Positions 1-15,758 of a stretch of 64,000 nt of DNA are shown piece after piece. The notes under the pieces were generated by a model. The model did not search any database and was not told the origin of the DNA. It saw nothing but the letters and a program-made list of their open reading frames with translations. Source of the stretch: Octopus sinensis (taxonomy: Eukaryota); contig NC_043008.1 of NCBI RefSeq assembly GCF_006345805.1, positions 19,654,001 through 19,718,000 of the forward strand. Direction: 5' to 3'. The position numbers were made by a program, and so were the translations under genes. How positions within the stretch are numbered: position 1 is the stretch's first letter; the number at the start of each line of letters is the position of its first letter.

Positions 1-162
1 TCGTTTTAGTTTCATATATTTTCATTTTTCTTCATCATTTTTACATTTTGGCGTTTTTGCTGAGATTTTTTCTTGAGAACACATTCTTCGTGGTAATGGC
101 AATTTGACGTCTATGTTTAGCATGCAGCGTGTCCAGTTTGGTGGTCATTCCTCTTAATTTTG

Positions 163-193
<31 letters not shown>

Positions 194-219
194 ACATATA
201 TATATATATATTATATATA

Positions 220-251
<32 letters not shown>

Positions 252-254
252 ATG

Positions 255-286
<32 letters not shown>

Positions 287-293
287 CACACAC

Positions 294-341
<48 letters not shown>

Positions 342-378
342 TATATAATATATTATATATATATATATATATATATAC

Positions 379-452
<74 letters not shown>

Positions 453-1150
453 TGAATCTGGGAAACCATCTGGTATGAAGATATGACTCGGAAAGTTGGC
501 TCGGAAGGACCGCCTAGTGATTAATTCTATAATAGTTAGAAGATGCTTTTTCTCGCTCAGATAAAGTAAGTCTATAAATGGAAAAACAATATTTTGAATG
601 ATATAACATATTTTATATAGGCTGATGTATTACGTGTTTTCGAGTTCAGTAACCATTCGACTTTTTATGGTTTTAAATTCAACGGGTGTGGGTTTCAGTC
701 ATATCTCTGGTCGTTAAAATCGGTTGTAACGGATTAAAGCTCTCCACTACGAATAATTACCCTGGCTCTAGGTATGAATCGGTTGCAATCTAATTTGCAA
801 CGGAAAAGATAAATGATTTAAATATTTTGACACTGGCTTAAGACTCGAATAAAAACATAAATATTTACTCGTCTTTTTTTAATGGATAGTCGATTCTATA
901 TGCTTCACAGCCCAGGGCTGTCGGATATTGCTGTCTTATATTGATAGAAATAAGCGCAGTTGGGCTGAATGACTAACATATTCGCTTTACAATCACGATT
1001 TCCTGCTATCGTTCTCTTATTGTAGTATTTTAGTAAATGGAGGCATTGTGACCAGGCTGAAACGTTGTGGCAGATCGTCGTGGTTGTTGCATCTGTAATT
1101 AAATGCCCGAGCTTTGCCATGCACTGTGTCGAACTGAATGTATGTGGTGT

Positions 1151-1470
1151 GGAAGCACTCCGTCGGTTACGACGACGAGGGTTCCGGTTGATCCGAATCA
1201 ACGGAACAGCCTGCTCGTGAAATTAACGTGTAAGTGGCTGAGCACTCCACAGACACGTGCATCGTTAATGTAGTTCTCGGGGATATTCAGCGTGACACAG
1301 AGAGTGACAAGGCCGGCCCTTTGAAATACAGGTACAACAGAAACAGGAAGTAAGAGTGAAAGTTGTGGTGAAAGAGTACAGCAGGGATCACCACCATCCC
1401 TGCCGGAGCCTCGTGGAGCTTTAGGTGTTTTCGCTCAATGAACACTCACAACGCCCGGTCTGGGAATCGA
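1151..1470 (-). mobile_element. tRNA-derived SINE H1+T1, 5'-truncated at the B-box
   Basis: Closely matches 42786-43110. Confidence 0.9.
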
Positions 1471-2690
1471 TAAACAGACAATTCAGTTTTTGTAATAACG
1501 CTATACATACTGTAACAACTAATGAAAATAGCTTTTGCTGGACATCACTGTTCTTTTAAAAGTGAAAAACTTGTCTCTAGTGTAAAGTGAGCAATCAAAA
1601 GTTTTAGCCGAACCCGTATTTGCTAGATATATATATATATATCAATTGATTACCTAATGAAATATGCTTTAATATACTCTCCCGTTTCAATACATTTCCG
1701 TTATATGAAATATAATGTACATATTTAAAAAAAATTAATCTGAAATATATATTTGTAGAAAACTAGGCTTGAACTGAAGTATGATGTGAATTTATACTGT
1801 GCATGCGTCAGCATAATCTCAACCGTATTGTCGTCATTCAATTGTCGTTATTGAATACTTTGAGCTTTTAATAGGTAGGAATGAGATGCATCTCTCTAAT
1901 TCTGAATCGTATTCTTGCGTTTTCAAATGACGTAAATAGCTCTCAGGTATACAACACAGAGAAGAGAAGTTCATTGTAGTGTTAATATTATGTAATCGTA
2001 TTAATATTGCTTTCATATATAATATCACCTTTATAATTACGTCCTTCGTTACGGAAGTCGTAAAAGTATGTAGAATATATAATTTCTTTTAGTGTCAATT
2101 TACTTTCCTTGTTTGCTGGAAGGCAAAATGTTTAAATATCCTGTAAATCCTGTTTTACAGAACAGCGGTGTCTGGTTTCTGGTTCAAGCGAAATCCATAA
2201 TATCGTTTATTCACCTCCAAGTAATTTTATTTATGTGGTTATATGAAGTGATAACGCAGTCAGCTATAGAAAGCATTGTGGAACGACATCTTTTCCTTGC
2301 TATAAGCACTTCACCAGATATCACCATTATAGTTTGGAAAGAGACTCACCAAAGACGGTTATCTTAAGTTACTCTGCGTAATCACAAAGTCTCCATTATT
2401 GACTGTAAATCATTTGAATTGTAATACACAATGACCGTATCTGTCTATAAATCTTTCAGTAAATAAATCTTACAATAAATACATTAAATATATATTGCTT
2501 CAACCGAAGAAAACGGTGAGTGTATATTTCCAGAGTTGCTATAGGTGAAGTGTTTGCTCTTTAGAAATTTACCTCATTGCTTTTCACACAAATAAGATAA
2601 TGCGATGACATGTGAGGAAGATTGTATTCTATAGCAAAGGCGTTACTCATTATTTCCTTCAGAAACCATACACTATCATCAACATATGTA

Positions 2691-3168
2691 TGTGAAATTG
2701 GTTACGAATTAAGCAAGGTAATAATTTAAAAATTAAATGAAGTGTTTATATGTAATTCACGTACAGAAATGGCCAGAACCTTACTACCACATTGGTTTCT
2801 AACTCGCAGAATCGGAATCCAAGAACTACTAAACGTTCATCTACCTTTATGTGAAATTGGTTACGAATTAAGCAAGGTAATAATTTAAAACTTAAATGAA
2901 GTGTTTATATGTAATTCACGTAAAGAAATGGCCAGAATTTTACTGCCACATTGGTTTCTAACTCGCAGAATTGGAATCCAAGAACTGCTAAACGTTCATC
3001 TACCTTTATGTGAAATTGGTTTACGAATTAAGCAAGGTAATAATTTAAAACTTAACTGAAGTGTTTATATGTAATTCACGTACAGAAATGACCAGAACTT
3101 TACTGCCACATTGGTTCCTAACTCGCAGAATTGGAATCTAGCATCTGCTAAACGGTCAGCTACCTTTA
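2691..3168. repeat. Tandem repeat, three copies of a 159-bp unit
   Basis: tgtgaaattggtt.acgaattaagcaaggtaat begins at 2691, 2850 and 3009; copies highly similar. Confidence 0.95.
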
Positions 3169-3797
3169 CTTCAGCTGTTGCATTGAAGTATGTTGTGCGG
3201 TTATGGTATCAGTGAAACAGCTACATTATGGGTCATTCATACTCGATCATTGACAATAAGTAATATCTATAAACCAGATTATTTCCTGCAGTCAAGACTA
3301 TGATAGAAATTCAGGTTTACGCAAATACCATGATTTTTTCCTGTCTTCTATGTTTCTCTGTCCTTCTCACTCTTTCTCTCTCTCCCCACCTCTAGCTTTT
3401 AGCGTTGTGTTGGGTATAATAATATCCAAATTGCCAACAGTCTCTTTAGATATTTGCCAGTCTACTGACTCAAGAAGTGTCTCTTAGAGAAGAACTCCAT
3501 TTGGAATATAAAAACCAAGTTTTAAGTAAACTAGAAACTCATAATTTGTTGTGTCTGGGGAGAGTCATTTTCTTTTTGTGCCTTATAATTTAATACACTC
3601 ACCGGTAAAATTTCCACTTATTTCGTTGCGTCTTGCTTCAACACACAAACTCATACAAAGAATCTTGCACACCAAATCCAAAAACGAAATAGAAACTCAT
3701 AAGTTATGTCTATAATATGAATAATGACTGATCGATCGTCCCATAAGAAAACATATTCACAGCTAATTTGTTTCATTCCGATTGTTATATTTTTCAG

Positions 3798-3944
3798 ATT
3801 GGGTGGTGGTATTTTTGCTGATACTTTCGTTGGTAAATGGGACTCGTGGACTGTGGCTGTGAAACGGTTAACTCTAGTGATTCACCCAAACCAGTTATCA
3901 TCATCCCTAATTGAATGGATGAAGAAAGAAGTGAATTATTTCAG
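3798..3944 (+). CDS. Protein kinase (TK/TKL-like), first exon in window: Gly-rich loop, VAVK lysine, alphaC Glu
   Basis: Acceptor ttttcag at 3791-3797, donor gtatgt at 3945. Reads LGGGIFADTFVGKWDSWTVAVKRLTLVIHPNQLSSSLIEWMKKEVNYF. Ends in phase 2 (AG), matching the next exon. Confidence 0.93.
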
Positions 3945-5967
3945 GTATGTTTTTGAATCTCATTTTTTGATAGACGCAGCCATATAAGGTTTCATAAAAT
4001 TATACAACATAACTGACTTGACTGGATTGTAACAATGGACTGACTTCAGTGCAGATGGTAACCTTCTGCCACAAACAGTATGTGTGATCGCTATGAGTTT
4101 ACAACCATCGATCTATTGGCGTACATCATGTTAAAGAAAATAGAAACAATTTTGAACTGTTACAAGCAAATATATAGTTTGTTACATTCAAAATTTTTCT
4201 CTCCTCAATGAAGACATTCATATCTTTCATGCTACCTGTTCTTCTGGCAACATCTCATATAGCGTCATCAATATTTTCACGAATCTGAGAATCTAGGTGA
4301 GGCCAATGATGTTATAGTTAATAATAAAATATATGATCGTGATTGTTAAGTTGTTTGTCAATGGGTAATGTGCCTTCAAATTTTCTGATATTCGACGTTG
4401 TTTGTTAAAGAGCAAAAATACGACGTGTACGGACAGATCTATCACAGAAACAAATTGCGTTAATGTATCCCAGATTTTGGCCATGTGTAACACATCCGAA
4501 CAAATGTACACTACCAATGTTCCGCATTCTGTTCATTACATTCTTATTTAGATGTGTTTCACTCACTCAAATATATTATCCTGTCCTCACTCTAGTCTTA
4601 CACATTGGGAAACTAAATGCATCATTTTGAAGCACACAATATTTCATATACGCTGACAATATAATCACCGAGCTGTTTCAACTTCACATTCGGAGCAGAC
4701 AAAAAGTGAAAAATACGATATCACCACCAGTAATCATGAACAGACATCAACGAAAACATTGTAGGTAATTACTAATGCTAGACATCCACAATCTCTGGTA
4801 ATGTGTTATGCTTGCCACATCTATATGTACCCAAAATCCGGGATTACACATAAAATGCCTGTAGTAATATAACTTTGATAAGATGATAAACTTCCTAAAA
4901 GCTCAAGTAAATCGTATATTGGAATATTTCTCACAAACATAATCCAGTGACACAGACTTGCTTGGCCATTTTTATAATAGTTCGCCCGTTTAACTGAATC
5001 AAACGTTGTAATCTCCAAATCAAAATTGTTTGGTTCTCTCGCGTTGTCGCTAAAATAACGACACGTGCGTTTGTTATATAGCTTATATCATAGCTTCTTA
5101 ACAGAAGAACGCAGCCCAAACGCATTTTCTCTATTCATCAGATTCATTGCCACATCCATGGCTCCCGCAAGTATGATATTAGCCTGGTTATTTTCTTCAT
5201 CGAGCGTATAAATGATTAAATTAAACACTATCTGTATCAATCGCAGATTATGTCGTCAAATACCGTATTTCACAGAGCCTACTTCATTGAAGCAAGTGTT
5301 AAAATTGTTGAAAAAGAAATTTTTGTTACAGCTTTTAGAGCTTACCTTTATTCAAGATGATCGACAGATTACAAAACCCACTTTTTTAATATATAGTCCA
5401 CTTCGTTCTCGTTCAAAGCTACATAGCCATGTATTCCTTAGTGTGTCAATTTTTGAAAAAAAAAGAAAAATGATAATCTACATTTATAAAGAACCACACT
5501 ATCGGTTTCATGCTGCGATATTCCATCATTTCCGGTGAAAAATTTCGTGTCTTCCAAATTCTTATATCTTTTCAATCCAGTTCATATAACCTTCGTTTGA
5601 CAACTGAGATAACGTTTCAATCAATTTAGTGTTAAACAATATCCACACTTGGATTTACTGTATCGCTAGCAGCATTACAGTTTTGAAAGCGTAAAACGTA
5701 TGTGATATATTTCTTTGATAGATAATACAGCCTTCCTAAACACTTCCTTATATGTTAGCGGGTCACATTGAAATGTAGACATTTTCGTCATTCTCCTTTA
5801 TTCCCTCACAGTTACGTCTCAGTGAACTTTTGACCCTATGCAAAAACGACAGCTACCCTACTAAGATATTTCAGTAGCATTCCCTTTTTACATTGCATTG
5901 CTCTTTTATATTTGAAAATTCAATATTAAAGTGTAGACATATTATATGCATGTGTATATATTTATAC

Positions 5968-6003
<36 letters not shown>

Positions 6004-6007
6004 CTGA

Positions 6008-6067
<60 letters not shown>

Positions 6068-8020
6068 ATATCTGTTGGTGTCTATGTCTGCGTCTTTATG
6101 TGTGCGTGTGCTTTTATACATACATGCATATATATATGTATATATATATATATATATATCTCAAGATTAATCAGCCGAAATTGCTAAGATGATCTGGTTC
6201 TTGACTGATGACTGAGGGCTTCGAATGTCCCGTCCTGTGGTTCTTGTGTCGTCTCTGTGGTGTTTCATGTTCTTGTCCATGTCTGTAATTATTTTTACTG
6301 TTTACCTATATATATGTATAGATATACACACGTACATACTTTCGCATACGTACATATGTATGTACGTGTGCATATGTATCCACACACACACACACACAAC
6401 TCACACGCACACACACACGCAGAGGTTTATATGTTTATTAGGGAATTTTATCATTTTGAATTATTAAAGGAAACAAAAAATTCAAGAAAATACGTTCATG
6501 CGTGTTAGTGAACGACTCATATTGATTCCCAAGTCTGTAAATTTATTTTTACATTTGTAAGGGATTTTTTTTTCTTTTACTTAATTTCCGCTGAATAAAA
6601 CCCGAAATTATTTGAACAATGTCTTGAGATATTAATTTCGGAAATTCAATTCGTTCAGAAAACTTTACATGATATACACATTTTTATCTTTTTTCATCAA
6701 TAATAGAAAAGTCGTGTTGATATGCATTGCATTAAGCTTTTATAGAATATTATGGAAAAATCCCAGTTTTTTTTTTTTTCTATCAAGTAAGAAAAATATT
6801 CTGTATAATATAACTCTTCTGTTTTTCCTGACAAATTTATTCATGAACCCCATTTAGGTTTCTGCTAAGAACTGTCTCCCTGCTGGTTGTTTGTTGTATT
6901 TAAAGTGAATTGCTTATGCGAATTGCATTTTCAGAGGTGTGTTTAACAATATTTAGCAGTTAAAGTTAGTCATTATTAGCTCTGGCTAATTCTAGTGGAC
7001 ATTTTATGTCATAAAACGCAATTTTTGAATTACAGAATTATATGACTGTTTTGAAAATGTTTTTTTCTCTCTTTTTGTTTTTTGCATTTCCCATCAAATT
7101 TAGTCATTGATATTTCATTCACATTCGTATTTCATACTATAGCTTCGCAAAAAAACTAAAATATTTATTATTGTAATGGAACAGAAAAGGATGAATGTGC
7201 TTTTTTTTCAGCATCCTCCATTTGGGACTTTCCGAGAAAATTTATCATAATTTCGAATATAATTTACATATGAAGAAAATTTAAATACTATATATTAACT
7301 TCTAACACACCTGACAACGTAAAAAAATACGAATTAAGAAATTTGGCAGTTAATAGGTTAAGAATGATATATAAGGGTATAACTCTGTATTGGAACAGGC
7401 CAACATTGTTTCATTGGTGACTTATGCTTTTTACATCTTGACTGAAATAAGATTACCAAAAAACAAAAGACGAAATGACTGAGTTACGGTGTTCACTTAA
7501 CACGGTTCGCATTATAGTTCAATAAACGGATATAGAATGGAATTACCGTCAAACCATGAATGAAATTATAAAAAAAACAAAAGCGTTTGAATAAAATAGG
7601 TAATTGGTAAGCGGAGCCATTTTCCATTCTTCTTCTTCCTCGTGTCATGGGATATGCTGAACACAGCATTTTAAATTTCCAAATACCTACCAGATTGATG
7701 TTGCGTCCTTTTCCTATGTAGCTAAACGGCAAAATATTGCGGTAGATTACGTATAACACTGAGCTTGCAGTCTATTCTGCAGCCATGCAGTTCACCCTGG
7801 GAACATATGTTTCCCATGACTGTGTGGTTAACAATCTCAAACTGCAATCATATGATTTCGCGTTCATTTCCAGTGGGCGGTACATTGGGCGTCTGACTCG
7901 TACAATACCTCCGAGCAAACCAATGCCTTGGGATTGAAATTAGAGGACGGCAGGATGTGTTGAAGGCCGTCATCTCTCTCTCTCTCACTCTATCTATCTA
8001 TCTGTCTGTCTGGCTGTCTG

Positions 8021-8065
<45 letters not shown>

Positions 8066-8077
8066 GTGTATATATAT

Positions 8078-8309
8078 TCTTTTATTCTTTTACTTGTTTC
8101 AATCATTTAACTGAGGCCATACTGAAGCACCACCTTTACTTGAACAAATAGACCGCAAGACTTATTCTTTGAAAACCTAGTACTTATTCTATCGGTCACT
8201 TTTTTGCTGAACCGCAATGCGACGGAGACGTAGACGCACCAGCCACGCTTGTCAAGCGATGGTGGGGGAACAAATACAAGACACAAATAACAAATACATA
8301 CATACATAC

Positions 8310-8368
<59 letters not shown>

Positions 8369-8695
8369 GACGGGCTCTTCCAGTTTCTGTCTACCAAATC
8401 CACTCACAAGGCTTTGGTCTGCGGCTTCTTACCACACAGCCACTCCTGCGACTATACACATGCACCCATATATATATGTATTATTTTACTTGTTTTAGTC
8501 ATTTGACTGTGGCCATGCTGTAGCACCGGCTTTAACCGAACAAATCGACCCCACGACGTTCTTTGTAAGCTTAGTAGTTAGTAGTTATCAGCTGTCAGTA
8601 TCTTTTGCCCAGCCGCTAAACACACCAGCGTCGGCTGTTAAGCGATGGAGGCGGAAAAACACAGAGACAACACACACACACACACATACACATAT
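8078..8695 (-). mobile_element. Two adjacent family C SINE copies (8078-8447 internally deleted; 8481-8695 3' half)
   Basis: Reverse-complement matches to 15759-16160. Confidence 0.85.
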
Positions 8696-11600
8696 GAACC
8701 GAAAGAGGCCGGTCAGTTCTGATAGCTTTTATGACTTACTGTAGCATCCAAGAGAGACAATGATTACAGTGTCATTTCTACCTTTTCGCTTCTCCACGCT
8801 GTCACTCTAGTAACTGTATAAAATATTCACGGAGTGGCACTGATATTTCAGATGAATCGATAAGTAGGTGAAAAGGATGCTTACATGTTTTAAAGAAAAA
8901 TATTGTGGTTTTCACTATTTTTAAACTTTGAATATTAGAAGAATCAAAAGTGCAAGTATATAAATTCCTGTATGCCTAGGCAAACCTCCTATTAAATTTC
9001 ATTAATACTAACTGGAAATATAGTTACTTCTCATAAGTAATATACATTTGTATCATAAATAACAGGAAATAGCAGATAACAAATGATATATTATTCCACT
9101 AAATAGAAAAGAGATAAGAAATCTAAAGTTACCGTATTCCGTAGTAATATTTGCCTTATCTTATTCGTTTGTCTTCAAAATATATGAGTATAAAATATAA
9201 TTGCGCTTATTTTTTTTTACTTTCGCACCAAAAGTGTCCAAAAGTTATCAAAAATGCGTCTGCAGTTTACAGGCCACCATTTGTTTACGAGGCAATTAAA
9301 ACTATTGCATTTCTTATTTACAGTGTTTCATGTGTCCCAGGAGATTCATGAAATACTGTATAACTATTCCTGTCTTTTGAAACGGTAAATTTTTAATCAT
9401 TTTGTTTTCTTTATGTAGTTCGACTGTCTGAAATTGCGATCGTATCTAACGCAGAAAATATGTACAATCGCCTTTGGCTGACTCTAGGTTGACTAGAACG
9501 AATGGTAAGCGAGTCGTGAGTGTTTTTAAACATGACTCAGCTTATGAAACCACAGTGTTTCCTCTCTATGTGGGTGACTCGCTTGATCTGTGTATTGTTC
9601 TTGATTCTTAGAGTGGCAAGTTCAAGTTTCTGAATTGGAGTTTGAACTATTTTGTGATAACTATGAATAAACGAGAATGGAGTTGAATTGGCAAGGTAGG
9701 AGAAAAGGTCTTCAGCAAAGTACTTGAAATATAGGTTACTGTATATTCTTTGTGTTGTAGATATTCGTTTCCTGCAAGTCAAGTGTAAGATGAAGGTGTC
9801 AACATCTGGTGTTAACATTGGCTGTTGATACCAGGTGTTCAACAGTCGATATAGTTAATTTAAACCTCTTAAATGGCTGGCGAAATATATCGAATATAAT
9901 AACTTCCCACTGTGGCTTCATTACAGAAAATGTATTCTAAACTGTATATTCATCTTGTGATTGAGATAATTGTATATTTTTTCCATATTTTAACTGACAT
10001 TACTTTGAGAACTGTGCAAAGAGCTGAATGTCAGAAGGACAAAGTAATGCATTGTATAATAATCTTCCCACAGTACTTTTAGCAAAGCTACACACACACA
10101 CACACACACACACATACACACAGGCACGCACACACACACATCCACACACACAACGTAGCTGCTAAAATCACTTACATGTGAACGGCTCTGTAGACAAAAA
10201 TAAATAAATAAATAAATAATTGCTGTCACAATAATGTCGACAAGTGTTTCGTTCGTTTACAATATTGAATTGAATTCTTCAACTGAGCATTACTTGGAGG
10301 AAGCAAGTTCCACTAGTTACGTTTCTTCAACCGAAAATGGCATCGTACACATATTCTGAAATACAATAATTCAATACTCATTTATTCCTGCATTTTTGCA
10401 GAAAATGTGGATGTGCCTGAGTGTGGGCATAGTTAGGACATTAAATTGTATAAGCATAAAGCGTAAGACGGCACCGAAATTAATTATTAATTAATAATTA
10501 ATAACCTTTTTAATTTTAAATCTAATGTGGTTTAGCAATTGATGTCAGAGACCAGACGTTGTTTCCCCCCAAAAAGTAATGAATGAAACCATGATCATAG
10601 ATATCTCTCTAACTAGGGATGTCGAAATGTATGATCAAAAATAGCCCAATATTGAGAAGTACAAACCGCTAAGTGTTATAATATAGACCCAGTATTGATA
10701 TAAAGAACATGTTTCTAGGTTTTCATATCGCTCTGTGGACTGAAATTATTCCATACATTTTGGATAACGTTTGTTTCCATTCTTCGACCTTCTTCCATAT
10801 ATTCTTCCTTATTTCTTATCCTCCACAACGGTTTGACATTGCACTTACTTCCTGTCGAAGCATATGACTGGTATGGTACTGCTAGACATGGAATATTCGG
10901 TAGAGGAAAAACTGATTTCTGAATTTTTGAATTTCGATGCAGTAACCTCCGTCATTCGTTCCTGTTTCAGAGCAAGTTACTATCCATCATCATCATTATC
11001 ATCATCATCATCATCTCTCTCTCATTCCTCTTTTCCTTCTCTCAGACTTTCCAGAAGACCATGATATTTCCCATACATCGGCCAGAGCCCATTTAAACTA
11101 GTCGTTTAAAATAGGGGGCATATAAAAACATCCCTAATACACTGTGACGTAAAATATGTCATATGGACCATGTTTTCTCTCTCAAAGCATTCGGCCAACG
11201 CTATAGAGAGTTCAACGTGATACACCCTTGTTTCTCTGTGAAGAACATGTATATGACAAGAATTTTCTGACGTGATATTTGGAAAGCTGTGTTCGCAGAG
11301 CCATGAGTTGTTATTGCTTTCGCCGTTGCTGTGGTAATAGTTAAGCCACTTGACAAAAGCGCTGACATTTGCTCTAAAAAGTCATAAACATAATTGTTTT
11401 CAAACTGTTAATACCTTGTTTTGCAATATTGCTGTCCATTTAGCTTCTGATTTCATATTTTCCGCACACTGTCTCTGTTTATGCTGCAGGGGAATATTAT
11501 CCCCGACTTGTTGTGCTGTATGTCAGATAAAAATAAACACAAAATCAGACGAAGTTTGGAAAAATTGTTCAGATAATTTGGGTTAAAAATATTGAAACAA

Positions 11601-12888
11601 TATCTTTGAGTTCTTTGAATCAAATCAAATTGATACAGCAGAAATAATCCAAGAACCAAGAGCATTATGAAGTATGAATTGCCAGTTTGAAATTGTAATA
11701 ATGAATGGGAAAATAGCAGCAACGACAATAATATTAAAACGATGATGATCATAATGATGATGATGATGTTAATGACGATGCGAAGGAGGATGATAACAAT
11801 GCCAATAATGATATGTTTCTTCGTCAAAAAATGTTGTGTGAAGACTTGAACAAGATTGTTTGTAAATAAGTCCCGTGTCGGAATGGAAAATACATAATTT
11901 TTACGCGTCAGAAGTAGGACACAATGCCGAAGCTAAAATAGTGCATTTCTGATATCTCTAAATGTTCTTCAAATCATTGGAAGCTGTGTTCGTCTTGTTA
12001 TGAGAACGATATAAAAGAAGTTAAGAGTAGAACAAGGAAACATTCAGTCACAAAATTCTCATCGGCCTTTCAGAAAATTTACTGCCGCACAGAACCACTA
12101 TCCACTATCCTGGCGTATTTGAAGAAGAGGATGGGCAGTTAGGTTGAAAAGAAACGTTTGTTCTCAATCCTTGCAGGAGTGTGTGCAATGCTTCTTTTCT
12201 AGTAACCACAAATAGGGAAATTTTTCAGACGATATTCACAATTGACTGCAGGGATACCAAGATAGAGTAAAGAAATACTGAAGCGCATTCTGTGTAATTT
12301 TCAAAGTTTGAAGAAGTGCGTGCATGAAGTTGCCAATTCTCCTCGTTGATATATCTACCGTTGCAATAATTCCTTCTACTATTGGTAGAAACTTTGCAGT
12401 AGGTGGCTAGCCGATCATAAAGACACCAAGGCTCGACTGGTGCTTATTTTATCAACCTCAGTGAGATGAAAGGCCAAATCAACCGCAGCAGAATTTTGAA
12501 TTAGAACTTTGAGTCGGAAGAAATGCCGCTATTCATTTTGTCGGACGTAGTTTAGTAAATTCATGAACAATGAACTGCCAAAGAAAAGTATTAAATAAGT
12601 CCAATATATTTTTAACAGACTGCCAATGAAACGGTCAGCAATGCAGGTTTATCCTCTGTGAAGATTTACAGACATTTAGTTCGTCGGAATTTCTCAAGTA
12701 AATCACCTTTATCAGAGTTATTTCAGATAACAATTGAAGCGATTATATGCAAAATAACAAGAAAAAATTTGCAAAAACTATCATGTAAAACTGATCACAA
12801 AATAGATATTCCTCACTATACTTCAGGTGAAACATTTCTGAATTGACTTGATAATAAATATGCAAGTGTGTGTGTGTGTGTGTGTGAA

Positions 12889-12929
<41 letters not shown>

Positions 12930-14289
12930 GGTGAGAGAAAGAGAGAGAGAGCGTTTGGGTTCGTTTAAATTTTTTGTACGTGCTTCTTCTTAAAATAGTG
13001 GTTCAGCAATACGAACCCCATAGAATTAATAGGAGATTCATTTATATTTGGACCCTCTTGATACCTATTTCACTCTCCTGGACCTTTTTAGCTGTTTGAT
13101 ATTTAAAGAAGTCCTATTATATTTTTACGATTAAATATTGTAAGAAATCCTATTAAAAATTTGTTAAAATTATAGAAGTATATATAGAAGCATAACCAAT
13201 TTATTGTACATAAATTTTAACAACGAAATCGTACGGACTCCTCCTGAGTCGAGTCACACAGACATCGGTTGGGAACGTTTACTTGAAAATAATAAAGGAC
13301 TGGTGCCGATTTGTCAGAGTAAACAATTCAAGGCAATAACCTAGCATGGCCTTGGTCCATTGATCACAGCAAGTAAAAAGATAAAAATATGTAATATTGA
13401 TCAAATACCAACGCTACCACATTAAGAGACGAAATAGGCATTGCTCTGTTCAGTAGATTTTGATATTCAGGAGACGCGATTGCCTGTCAGAGCCATACTG
13501 GGAAAATAACGAAAAAAAAAAAAGAAAGTAAAGTCAAAGGAAAAGCAAAGAGCAACGATCAAGTCCGCAGTAAGTATTAAAAAAAACCAAAATTTGCTTC
13601 ATAACAACAGCGGTTGTATCTAATTTAGTTTCGTACATTTATTGCATGGAAAAGAAGATGAAATAATAACGGCATATATTGCGCACCCGAATAACCTGGG
13701 TATTCTCTGGAGGCATCGTGCTTTGACTAGAGAAAGACACAAAGAGAGAATAACACAGACAGACATATGATTTTCTGTCTGTGAGAAAATTATTGTTTAT
13801 TATTATTACTATTATTATTTTTATTATTATTATTATTATTATCATTATTATTATTATTATTATTATTATCATTATTATTATCATTATCATTATTGTTGTT
13901 GTTGTTGTTGTTGTTGTTGTCGTTGCTGCAGTATTATAAAAACATACATTGTGTAAGGTTCAGCGTGTGATTACTATAGTTACGTGACCGTAATGTTTTA
14001 ATAAAAATAAATTGTTTTTCTCGTTCATCACAAAAACAGAAAGTAATTATTTTAGCTAGTTTTTTTTTCTTCTTTTTCTGTTCTCTGAAAGTTGTCTGAT
14101 GGTTCATAATGTGACAAATATTATGATAGAACTGCACTTCTATAATTTAGATATTCCACGAGGAAATCATTCATTCACCTCTCCCTGGCAACATAGATAC
14201 ACAAACGGGATGACATTGAATCAAACGCACACTCTCGCATACATATATTGATGCATATAATATATATATATGTATATATATATAAGTAC

Positions 14290-14323
<34 letters not shown>

Positions 14324-14479
14324 GTGTATGTGTACAAAATATATGTAGGTATATATGTATGTATATATACTCCGCACATAAGGATATAATATACACAAAC
14401 TTATACACATACATAAAATCATTACTGAATGACAACAACGACAAAAATAATAATAATAAAAATAATAATAATAATAATA

Positions 14480-14518
<39 letters not shown>

Positions 14519-14549
14519 TAATAATAATAGTAATAATAATAATAATAGT

Positions 14550-15223
14550 TTCAAATTTTGCCACATGAGCAACCATGTTGGGGGGTGGGTGGATAAGCCG
14601 ATTACATCGAACTCCAGCATTTCACTGGTACTTAGTTTATGCAAGGTAAAGTCTACTTCGGCAGAATTTTCAATCAGAACTTACTGACGGGCGAAATACC
14701 GCTAATTCATTTTATCCAGCGCGTCGCCTTATTAATGGTAATAATCCTTTCTACTATAGGCACAAGGCCTGAAATTTTGGTGGGGGGGGGACTAGTCGAT
14801 TACATCAACTCCAGTGTGTAACTGGTACTTTAGTTTATCGACCCCGAAAGAATGAAAGGCGATGTCAACCCCGGTGACATTTAACCTCAGAATGTGAACA
14901 CAGACGAAATACCACTAAGCATTTCGTCCGGGTTAATAACGATTCTGCCGGCTCACCGTCTTAATAATAATGATAAAAATAATAATACTTTCTTTTATAG
15001 GCACAAGGCCTGAAATCTAGATAGCCGATTACATCGAACCCTGTGCTCAACTAGTACTCAACTAGATAGTCGATTACATAGACCCCTAATACTTAATTTA
15101 TCGACCCCGAAAGTATGAAGGGCAAAGTCGAGCTGGGTGAAATTTGAACTAAGAATATAGTCGTAGACGAAATACATCCAAACATTTCGCTCGGCGTGCT
15201 AACGATTCTGCCAGCTCACCGCT

Positions 15224-15225
<2 letters not shown>
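14550..15225 (-). mobile_element. Head-to-tail trimer of family B SINE between (AAT)n arrays
   Basis: Three minus-strand units, the first two with the full g..gagc.ggcagaatcgtta head, separated by short att-rich spacers. Confidence 0.85.
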
Positions 15226-15314
<89 letters not shown>

Positions 15315-15758
15315 TAATAATAATATTAACAGCAACACCAACAAGAATAAAAGCAAGAGCATTTAGCAGGCTGATAATATAGTAAGAACAAAGAACGTGT
15401 TCTCAGGAAATGGAAGTAATAATCGATTCACTGATCTGAAGGATGCCTTCGAGGCGCCGATTGTCACAATATATTCACGCACATAAGCTGTTCCAGTGCT
15501 TTAGTTATTTAATACGTATTTTTACTGAATGCAGTGATTTGCGACTGAGTAATATCGGTGCCTGTTAGTCATAGTTTGTTTTCCATAAGTAGCTGTTAGA
15601 TAGTCATTCATTTTGTTGAAAAACCTTGGATAAACACGCTTTGAAAGACGAGGCGCGTCAAAACTAGCTGCACATTTCTACATATCGTTCAGAAGAATTA
15701 TTTCTGTAACTTAACAACATAGTTTATTTATATAGCGGTGACAGACACGGGTTTAAGA

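Noticed and set aside
2691-3168. Regular repeats as a possible CRISPR array
   Set aside because: Contiguous 159-bp units without unique spacers, in eukaryotic context.
4290-5540. Short ORFs that might be transposase or LINE remnants
   Set aside because: No diagnostic motif could be identified with confidence.
6168-6216. GAAA...ATC...CTGATGA arrangement suggesting a hammerhead ribozyme
   Set aside because: Stems I and II do not pair properly around the core.
9419-9504. Exon-like segment with good acceptor (tttatgtag) and donor (gtaagc)
   Set aside because: Stops in all three frames and no kinase sequence is missing between exons 1 and 2. Only RNA-seq could support it as a poison exon.
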